Shown piece by piece: positions 57,157 through 64,000 of a DNA stretch of 64,000 nt; the first letter of the stretch is position 1; each line of letters opens with the position of its first letter. Under the pieces are notes generated by a model. That model searched no databases, was not told the origin of the DNA, and worked only from the letters and a program-made list of their open reading frames with translations. This DNA comes from Verrucomicrobiaceae bacterium (lineage in GTDB: Bacteria > Verrucomicrobiota > Verrucomicrobiia > Verrucomicrobiales > Akkermansiaceae): positions 192,001 to 256,000 of the forward strand of contig JBPOGH010000001.1 of NCBI GenBank assembly GCA_051252135.1. The letters are read 5' to 3'. A program made the position numbers and the translations under genes.

Positions 57157-59931
57157 ATGCCTTCGCAAATCTCACCCCGGCTAAACGCGTCACTCCTCGA
57201 CGAAAAGTATGCCCAGTGGAACGATGATCCCACCTCTGTAGAGGAAGTTTGGGCCGCATTTTTCGAAGGCTTTGAGCTTGGATCAACCCAGCCGAAGAAG
57301 GGTGGCCCGGGAGGCACCAGCCCAACAGCGTCAGCGGATCAGCCTATTTCCGAGGAGCAATTATTGTTTCGGGGGAAAGTGGTCAGCCTCGTTTACAACT
57401 ACCGGACCCTCGGCCACACCCAGGCCCACATCAATCCACTGGACAAGTCCGGGAAGATCAATCCACGTCTGGAGCTCGCGGCATTTGGGTTCTCCGAGTC
57501 CGATCTTGACCGACAGGCCCAGACCCAGTTTTTCCGCGACGGTTCACCGATGAAGCTGCGTGATCTTCACGCCGCCCTGATGGACACCTATTCAAGCAAG
57601 ATTGGGTTTGAGTTCATGCACATTCACCAAACGGAGGTGCGTCACTGGATTCGGCAACGGATTGAAAACCGTGTGCACCGTGAGGAGATCACCAAAGACG
57701 AACAGCTCAAGGCTCTGAAATGGCTTCTTGAGGGGGAGTTGTTCGAGAGCTTTTTGGGGAAGAAGTTCTTGGGAGAGAAGCGATTTTCACTGGAGGGAGG
57801 GGAAGGCCTTTTGGTTCTCCTCAACCGGATACTGGAAGGATGTCCGGAAAAGGGGGTCAAAGAGATCGAAATGGGGATGGCCCACCGGGGTCGTCTCAAT
57901 GTGCTGGCTCATTTCGTTGGCAAATCGATTTCCACGCTGCTTTATGAGTTCACTCCCAATTATGTCCCTGATTTGGTGGCCGGTGACGGAGACGTAAAGT
58001 ATCACCTTGGCTACGAAAAGATGCGGAAGGTTCCCGGTGGTGAGGTCCGGGTGAGTCTTGCAGCCAACCCGAGTCACCTGGAAGCGGTCAATCCGGTTGT
58101 CGAAGGAAAGGCACGGGCGCGTCAGCGGATGATTGGTGATGATGGGGCGCAGACAAACCGCAAGGTTGTATTGCCCATCTTGATTCATGGAGATGCCGCC
58201 TTTGCGGGGCAAGGTCCGGTAGCCGAGGTGCTCAACCTGTCCCAGCTGGAAGGTTACCGCACTGGCGGGACCATTCACCTGATCGTGAACAACCAAATTG
58301 GGTTTACGACAATGCCCGAGGATGCCCGCTCGTCGCCCTATGCGACCGATGTTGCCAAAATGATCGAAGCCCCGATTCTTCATGTGAATGGAGAGCGGCC
58401 TGAAGAGCTGATCTGGGCCGCTCAATTCGCCCTCGAATTCCGTCAGGTCTGGGGGAGTGATGTCGTGATCGACATGTATTGTTACCGTCGACAGGGTCAC
58501 AACGAAACCGATCAGGCAGCGTTTACCCAGCCCCACATTTACCGCAAGCTCGCCAGTCGAAAAACAGCGGGCCACCTCTATCGCAAGGAATTGGTCGATG
58601 CCGGAGTGATCACGGATGACGAGGGGCAAAAGGTTCACGACGGGATTTGGAATGAGCTCGAAGCCGGGCTCGCAGACATGCGGAAGCATGAGAAAGAGGG
58701 GGATATTACGGTCTTCACAGGGTCCACGGCGGAAGCGCAACCCGAGTTCAGTTTTGACACGGTCTCCACTGGAGTCGATCTGGCCAGTTTGCAGCATATC
58801 GGCAAAACTCTGACGACGATACCCGATCATTTTTCACTGCATCCAACACTGGCGAAGCGCTTCATTCCGCGGCGTATTGAAGCGCTGGAAAACGGAGGGC
58901 CATTTGATTGGGCTTTTGCGGAATCGCTGGCCTTTGGGTCCCTTCTTCTGGAGGGCTTTCCGGTCCGTCTTTCCGGTCAGGATTGTCGTCGCGGGACCTT
59001 CTCTCATCGTCACGCGGTGTTTTATGATTATGAGACGCGTGAGCGATACGTGCCGTTGCGTGAACTCAGTGACACCCAGGAACGTTTTTGCGTCTACAAT
59101 TCACTCCTTTCCGAAACGGCAGTGCTTGGGTTTGATTATGGTTATTCCCTCGGTTGCCCGAACATGTTGATCCTCTGGGAGGCTCAGTTCGGCGATTTTG
59201 CGAATGGGGCGCAGGTGATTATCGACCAATTTATTTCGTCGGCGGAATCCAAGTGGCAGACACCGAGTTCTTTGGTGATGCTGCTTCCGCACGGATACGA
59301 GGGGATGGGACCGGAGCATTCGAGCGCGCGTCTTGAGCGCTTTTTACAGCTCTGTGCCGAGAAAAACATGATCGTGGGGAACTTCACGACGCCTGCCCAG
59401 TATTTCCACGCATTGCGACGCCAGAAGCATTCCGAAACGCGGAAGCCTCTGGTGCTGATGACTCCAAAGAGCCTTCTTACCAATCCGTTGGCGGTTTCCC
59501 ACGTGGAGGATTTCCTCGATGAGACTTCCTTCCAGGAGATCATTCCCGATCACTTTGAATTCTCCAAGCCGGAGCGCGTGAGCCGCGTCATCTTTTGTAG
59601 TGGCAAGGTCTACTACGACCTTTTGGCTTATCGCGACGAGCATGGAATCAAGGACGCCGCGATCATCAGGGTGGAGCAACTTTATCCTCTTCACACGGAT
59701 GCCATCAAGATGGCGATCAGCCCGTATCGCTCGGCCAAGAAGTTCATCTGGTGCCAAGAAGAGCCTCTCAACATGGGAGCCTGGTCCTTTATGCAGCCTC
59801 GACTTGAGCGTCTCACGCGATCCCGTGTGCGTTACTCCGGTCGCGAACGCGCCTCAAGTCCTTCCACCGGATCCAAAGCGGTCCATAAACGCGAGCAGAA
59901 GTCGCTCGTGAGCAAAGCTTTTTCAGTCTAA
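57157..59931 (+). CDS. sucA: 2-oxoglutarate dehydrogenase E1
   Basis: KRFSLEG, GMAHRGRLN, GDVKYHLG, NPSHLE, HGDAAF.GQG, WEAQFGDF, GPEHSSAR. Confidence 0.98.
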   Translation: MPSQISPRLNASLLDEKYAQWNDDPTSVEEVWAAFFEGFELGSTQPKKGGPGGTSPTASADQPISEEQLLFRGKVVSLVYNYRTLGHTQAHINPLDKSGKINPRLELAAFGFSESDLDRQAQTQFFRDGSPMKLRDLHAALMDTYSSKIGFEFMHIHQTEVRHWIRQRIENRVHREEITKDEQLKALKWLLEGELFESFLGKKFLGEKRFSLEGGEGLLVLLNRILEGCPEKGVKEIEMGMAHRGRLNVLAHFVGKSISTLLYEFTPNYVPDLVAGDGDVKYHLGYEKMRKVPGGEVRVSLAANPSHLEAVNPVVEGKARARQRMIGDDGAQTNRKVVLPILIHGDAAFAGQGPVAEVLNLSQLEGYRTGGTIHLIVNNQIGFTTMPEDARSSPYATDVAKMIEAPILHVNGERPEELIWAAQFALEFRQVWGSDVVIDMYCYRRQGHNETDQAAFTQPHIYRKLASRKTAGHLYRKELVDAGVITDDEGQKVHDGIWNELEAGLADMRKHEKEGDITVFTGSTAEAQPEFSFDTVSTGVDLASLQHIGKTLTTIPDHFSLHPTLAKRFIPRRIEALENGGPFDWAFAESLAFGSLLLEGFPVRLSGQDCRRGTFSHRHAVFYDYETRERYVPLRELSDTQERFCVYNSLLSETAVLGFDYGYSLGCPNMLILWEAQFGDFANGAQVIIDQFISSAESKWQTPSSLVMLLPHGYEGMGPEHSSARLERFLQLCAEKNMIVGNFTTPAQYFHALRRQKHSETRKPLVLMTPKSLLTNPLAVSHVEDFLDETSFQEIIPDHFEFSKPERVSRVIFCSGKVYYDLLAYRDEHGIKDAAIIRVEQLYPLHTDAIKMAISPYRSAKKFIWCQEEPLNMGAWSFMQPRLERLTRSRVRYSGRERASSPSTGSKAVHKREQKSLVSKAFSV

Positions 59932-59949
59932 CCGATTTTTCCAATTCCG

Positions 59950-61353
59950 ATGTCGCACGAAATCAAAATCCCGCCCGTTGGTGAATCCGTCACCTCCGCT
60001 CTTGTCGCCACCTGGCACAAGGGTGACGGCGAGTCCGTTCAAAAAGGAGATGTCCTGGTGACACTCGAAACCGATAAGGTGTCCAACGAGCTGGAAGCCG
60101 AAGTGGCCGGCACTCTTTCGATCTCTGTTCAAGAGGGTGAAGAAGTGGCGATCGGAACCGTGATCGGTTTGATCGCAGAGGGTGAGGTTGGCGTTGCTCC
60201 GGTCAATGAGGGTGCGAGTGATTCGTCGCCCTCGGCACCTGAGGAGTCCGCTCCTGCTTCGGCTCCTGCGGCAGCTCCGAATTCGGCCTCGGGAGAAATT
60301 GTTTCCATTAAGGTTCCTGCTGCGGGGGAGTCGATCACTTCAGCCACAGTGGCGGAATGGGCGGTGAAGGACGGAGCCTTTGTGAGCAAGGGTGATGTTC
60401 TCGTGACCCTTGATACGGACAAGGTGTCTTCAGAGCTTGAGGCGGAGGCTTCCGGCACGATCAAGATTGATGTGGCTGCCGGCGCCGAAGTGGAAATCGG
60501 CGCTATTCTTGGATCGATTACGGTCTCTGATGAGGTGCCTGCTCCGAAGGCTGCCGAAGCTCAGGTGGAAGTGAAATCCGAGACGGTTTCCGCTCCGGCA
60601 CCTGCCCCGGCGCCTGTGGCCAAACCGGCACCGAAAGCAGAGCCTGCCGAGGAAGGTCGTGTTACGCGGAAGAAGATGTCTCCGTTGCGTCGCAAGATTG
60701 CGCAGCACCTGGTGAATGCCCAGCAAACGGCGGCGATTCTCTCGACCTTTAACGAAGTCGACATGTCGGCGATCATGGGGCTTCGCAAGCAGGTGCAGGA
60801 AGACTTTATTGCCAAGCACGGAGTGAAGCTTGGGTTTATGTCCTTTTTCGTGAAGGCGACGGTGCAGGCGCTGAAAGAGGTGCCTTCGATCAACGCCCGC
60901 ATTGATGAGAATGACATCATTGAGAATCATTTCTTCGATATCGGTGTGGCGATTGGAACAGAGAAGGGACTTGTTGTTCCGGTGCTGCGTGATTGTGACA
61001 AGAAGAGCTTTGCGCAGATTGAGCAGGATATCATCGATTACGCGATGAAGGCTCGCGACGGGAAGATTGAGTTCTCCGACCTTTCGGGTGGGGTGTTTAC
61101 GATCTCGAATGGTGGGGTCTACGGGTCGCTCCTGAGCACGCCGATTTTGAATCCGCCGCAGAGTGGAATTTTGGGGATGCACACCATTCAGCAGCGTCCG
61201 GTTGCGGAAAATGGTCAGGTCGTGATTCGTCCGATGATGTATCTTGCGATGAGTTACGACCACCGTTTGGTGGATGGCAAAGAGGCGGTAACGTTCCTGC
61301 TGAAGATCAAGGATGGGATCGAGAATCCGCATCGGTTGATGCTGGAAATGTAA
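59950..61353 (+). CDS. sucB: 2-oxoglutarate dehydrogenase E2 with two lipoyl domains
   Basis: two lipoyl motifs (ETDKV, DTDKV), [22 protein letters not shown]. Confidence 0.97.
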   Translation: MSHEIKIPPVGESVTSALVATWHKGDGESVQKGDVLVTLETDKVSNELEAEVAGTLSISVQEGEEVAIGTVIGLIAEGEVGVAPVNEGASDSSPSAPEESAPASAPAAAPNSASGEIVSIKVPAAGESITSATVAEWAVKDGAFVSKGDVLVTLDTDKVSSELEAEASGTIKIDVAAGAEVEIGAILGSITVSDEVPAPKAAEAQVEVKSETVSAPAPAPAPVAKPAPKAEPAEEGRVTRKKMSPLRRKIAQHLVNAQQTAAILSTFNEVDMSAIMGLRKQVQEDFIAKHGVKLGFMSFFVKATVQALKEVPSINARIDENDIIENHFFDIGVAIGTEKGLVVPVLRDCDKKSFAQIEQDIIDYAMKARDGKIEFSDLSGGVFTISNGGVYGSLLSTPILNPPQSGILGMHTIQQRPVAENGQVVIRPMMYLAMSYDHRLVDGKEAVTFLLKIKDGIENPHRLMLEM

Positions 61354-61363
61354 TCTCGCGGCT

Positions 61364-64000
61364 TCAGTGGAAGTCGTGGGACCCGCTGGATAGGCTTGTT
61401 GGCGCTTGGTCGAGAGGGGCCAGGTGCGTGCTGTAGATCGTGGGTTGCTTGCCTTCGCTGATCTGGACGTGGCCCTGGATCATGAGGAAGGATTCGGTGG
61501 TGATCGTGAGGCGGTAGGCGTGGAAGGTCTTGCGGGGGACGAAGAGGTTGGCGATGCCGTATTCATCTTCGAGAGAGATGAAGCAATGACCTTTTGCGGT
61601 GCCGGGGCGTTGCCGGCAGATGACGAGGCCGGCGATGGTGACAGGGGTGCCGTGGTGGAGGCGCTGGAGATCGGCGGAGTGGGAAAAGCCTTGGCCGTGG
61701 TCTTTTCGCCAAAGACGCATGGGGTGCGGGCCGACGCTGTGGCCTTGGATTGCGATGTCGGTGTGGAGGCGTTCGGCGGGCGTCATCATGGCGAGGACTT
61801 CGGGTTCGTGAGGTGGCTCGAGGGAGGCGAAGAGGTCGTCTTGCGGGAGGCGCTCGGCGCGCCAGAGGGCATCGCGGCGGTGGGTGACTTCGGGGAGTTC
61901 GTTGAGGGCGCCGGCGGCTGCGAGGAGTCGGCGTTCTTTTTTGTTGGGTTTGACGCGATGGAGGAAATCGGGGAGGGAGCTGAATTGCTGAAGGGCGCGT
62001 TGGTGGAGGAGTTGCTCGATGGTGCCTTGTTGGAGTCCTTTGATGCGGTGGAGGCCGAGACGGAGGGTGTGGTCGTTGATGACACTGGTTTCCTCCTGGG
62101 AGTAAATGACGCAGACGGGCTTGGAGCGGACGCCGTGGCGTCGGGCGTCCTGGATGAGGGTGTTGACAGAGTAGAAGCCCATCGGCTGATTGTTGATGAG
62201 TCCGCAGTAGAACTCGGGGGCACGGTGGACCTTCATCCAGCAGGAGGCGTAGGCGATGAGGGCGAAGGAGATGGCGTGGGATTCGGGGAAGCCGTAGAGG
62301 GCGAAGGAGCCGATGGAGTGGATGACCTTTTCCTGAACTTCGGAAGCGACGTTCTTTTCGGTCATGCGGGCGCGGAGTTTTTCGGTGACGAGCTGCATGC
62401 GTTCGTCGGAGCGCTTGAAGGTCATCGCGCGGCGGAGCTCGTCGGCTTCGGTGCCGGTGAAGTCGGCGATTTCCATGGCCATGCGAAGAACCTGCTCCTG
62501 AAAGAGCGGGACGCCGAGGGTGCGCTTGAGGATGGGCTCGAAGAGCGGGTGGATGTAATCGATGGGTTCGCGTCCGGTGCGGCGGTTGAGGTAAGGGTGA
62601 ACGAGGTCGCCAACAATGGGGCCGGGGCGGATGATGGCGACCTCGACAGCGACATCGTAAAAGCACTTGGGCTGCATGATGGGGAGGGTGGCCATTTGGG
62701 CACGGGATTCGACCTGGAAGGTGCCGACGGTGTCGGCTCGGCAGAGGAGATCGTAAGTGGCGGGATCGTCCTTGGGGATTTGGGCGAGGTCGACGGGGCG
62801 GCCGCGGCGCTCGCAGAGGTGAATGGCGTCCTCCATGGCGGCGAGCATTCCGAGGCCGAGGAGGTCGACTTTGACGATGCCGAGTTCTTCACAATCGTCC
62901 TTGTCCCACTGGACCACGGTGCGGCCCGGCATGGTGGCGGGTTGGAGGGGGACGATGTGATCGAGTCCGCCATCACAGATGATCATCCCTCCGGAGTGTT
63001 GGCCGAGATGTCGAGGGGAGTGGAGGATGGAGTGGTAGAGGTAGAGAAGGGGCTCGAAACGGGGGTGGGAAGAGGGGACGCCGGAGCGCTCGATGGTGTC
63101 GGCGAGCTCCATGACGCGGTCGCGCGGGTAGTAGTTCGACATTGAGAGCTCGGCAGAGTTATTCACATTGGAATCGTCGTGAACTTTGGGTGAGGAGCAG
63201 AGGTCTGAGAAGCGATTGGCGATCGATTCCGGGAAGCCGAGGACCTTCGACATTTCCCGGAAGGCGGAGCGGGGACGGTAGGTGATGACATTGGCGGTCA
63301 TGGCTGCGCCGCGCGGGGCGTGCTTCCGGTAGACGTATTGAATGACCGATTCGCGGCGATCGCCGGAGGGAAAGTCGATGTCAATATCCGGCCAGGAACG
63401 ACGATTTTCGGAGAGGAAGCGCTCGAAAAGGAGACCGCCTGCGACGGGATCGACGTTAGTTATTCCCAATGCGTAGCAGACGAGGGAGTTGGCGGCGGAG
63501 CCCCGGCCTTGGCAAAGGATGCCCTGGGAGCGGGCGAATTGGACCAAATCCCAGACGATGAGGAAATATCCAGAAAATCCCAATTTTGAGATCATTTGTA
63601 ATTCATTTTCAATTTGTTGTGTGTGTTTTTTACGCTTTAGAAAACCTCTTGATTTTAAGCCTTCTGAAGTGGTTGTTCGCAGTAATTCACACTCTTCAGC
63701 CGATGTGAATAACCTGTGAGTATCTTTCTCACGGTAGGAGGGGAACTTGTAGCCCAGGTTTTCGAGGCCGAACTCGCAGCGCTCGGCGAGATCGTAGGCG
63801 TTCTTGACGGAATGTGAATAACCTGTGAATAACTTGTGAATTGCTGTGGGTGACTTCAGGAAGCGTTCGGCGTTCTTTTCGAGGCTTCGTCCGGCGTCAT
63901 CGAGCGTGGAATGTTCGCGAAGGCAGGTGAAGGCATCGGTGAGAAGACGGTCCCGGCGGTGGGCGTAGAGCGGGGCGTTGGTGGCGAGGAGGGGGATCTT
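61364..64000 (-). CDS. dnaE2: error-prone DNA polymerase DnaE2 (5' end beyond the window)
   Basis: CQGRGSAANS, PDIDIDF, PRHLGQHSGG, QWDKDD, FQVESRAQM, YGFPESHA, RQRPGTAKG; hand translation shows the frame stays open from 63595 to 64000 (ATNAPLY..NAERFLKS..ERCEF). Confidence 0.95.
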   Translation of the reverse strand, partial: KIPLLATNAPLYAHRRDRLLTDAFTCLREHSTLDDAGRSLEKNAERFLKSPTAIHKLFTGYSHSVKNAYDLAERCEFGLENLGYKFPSYREKDTHRLFTSAEECELLRTTTSEGLKSRGFLKRKKHTQQIENELQMISKLGFSGYFLIVWDLVQFARSQGILCQGRGSAANSLVCYALGITNVDPVAGGLLFERFLSENRRSWPDIDIDFPSGDRRESVIQYVYRKHAPRGAAMTANVITYRPRSAFREMSKVLGFPESIANRFSDLCSSPKVHDDSNVNNSAELSMSNYYPRDRVMELADTIERSGVPSSHPRFEPLLYLYHSILHSPRHLGQHSGGMIICDGGLDHIVPLQPATMPGRTVVQWDKDDCEELGIVKVDLLGLGMLAAMEDAIHLCERRGRPVDLAQIPKDDPATYDLLCRADTVGTFQVESRAQMATLPIMQPKCFYDVAVEVAIIRPGPIVGDLVHPYLNRRTGREPIDYIHPLFEPILKRTLGVPLFQEQVLRMAMEIADFTGTEADELRRAMTFKRSDERMQLVTEKLRARMTEKNVASEVQEKVIHSIGSFALYGFPESHAISFALIAYASCWMKVHRAPEFYCGLINNQPMGFYSVNTLIQDARRHGVRSKPVCVIYSQEETSVINDHTLRLGLHRIKGLQQGTIEQLLHQRALQQFSSLPDFLHRVKPNKKERRLLAAAGALNELPEVTHRRDALWRAERLPQDDLFASLEPPHEPEVLAMMTPAERLHTDIAIQGHSVGPHPMRLWRKDHGQGFSHSADLQRLHHGTPVTIAGLVICRQRPGTAKGHCFISLEDEYGIANLFVPRKTFHAYRLTITTESFLMIQGHVQISEGKQPTIYSTHLAPLDQAPTSLSSGSHDFH
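63159..63167 (+). promoter_or_regulatory. isolated DnaA box inside dnaE2
   Basis: TTATTCACA, an exact match to TTWTNCACA. Confidence 0.5.
63565..63853. promoter_or_regulatory. oriC-like element / DnaA-box cluster with AT-rich stretch inside dnaE2
   Basis: TGTGAATAA at 63704, 63813 and 63824; degenerate boxes at 63683, 63715, 63835 and 63845; 22 G+C in 80 nt at 63581-63660; IHF-like AATCAAGAGGTTT (minus strand, 63642-63654). Confidence 0.65.

Noticed and set aside
61406..63145. 579 aa plus-strand ORF and other long alternative-frame ORFs over dnaE2
   Set aside because: Antisense or off-frame shadows produced by GC-rich, C-ending codon bias; the composition is not protein-like.
63813..63853. 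CRISPR array or VNTR
   Set aside because: Units are 9-mers at 10-11 bp spacing without spacers and match the DnaA box; no cas genes are in the window.
63596..64000. dnaE2 truncation, pseudogene, intein or foreign insertion at the AT-rich stretch
   Set aside because: Hand translation shows an uninterrupted frame with DnaE-like PHP and linker sequence to the window edge, and no intein motifs or target-site repeats.

Overview
A 64 kb chromosomal window of mostly housekeeping genes (ligA, dapF, trpA, queD, fmt, pyrH, frr, xerC, thiD, lysA, galE, eno, lptB, kdsA, lnt, argA, sucAB, dnaE2, two tRNAs). Gene content (giant GreA, pseudopilin triplet, Gld-like ABC/DUF4340 locus, DxDxDG surface-protein tails) suggests a Verrucomicrobiota bacterium, which is an inference. 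I see no prophage, IS element or CRISPR array. Three things stand out. (1) An oriC-like element lies inside the open reading frame of the error-prone polymerase gene dnaE2: phased TTATTCACA DnaA boxes, an ~28% GC stretch and an IHF-like site. (2) An orphan operon encodes two Hcp-fold (T6SS/phage tail-tube) proteins that both carry Sec-type signal peptides, one fused to Ca-binding repeats and a surface-protein tail; the second is translationally coupled to a large NPPF-type methyltransferase, and no other T6SS genes are in the window. (3) A tRNA-Leu has the rare A34 anticodon AAG. Lesser finds: a CxxC/polyproline leader gene before a Met/His-rich outer-membrane barrel, an NlpC/P60-like enzyme with an inhibitor-like tail, and an LptC-LptA-like fusion retaining an internal signal peptide. 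All family assignments come from motif recognition by eye; no searches were run.
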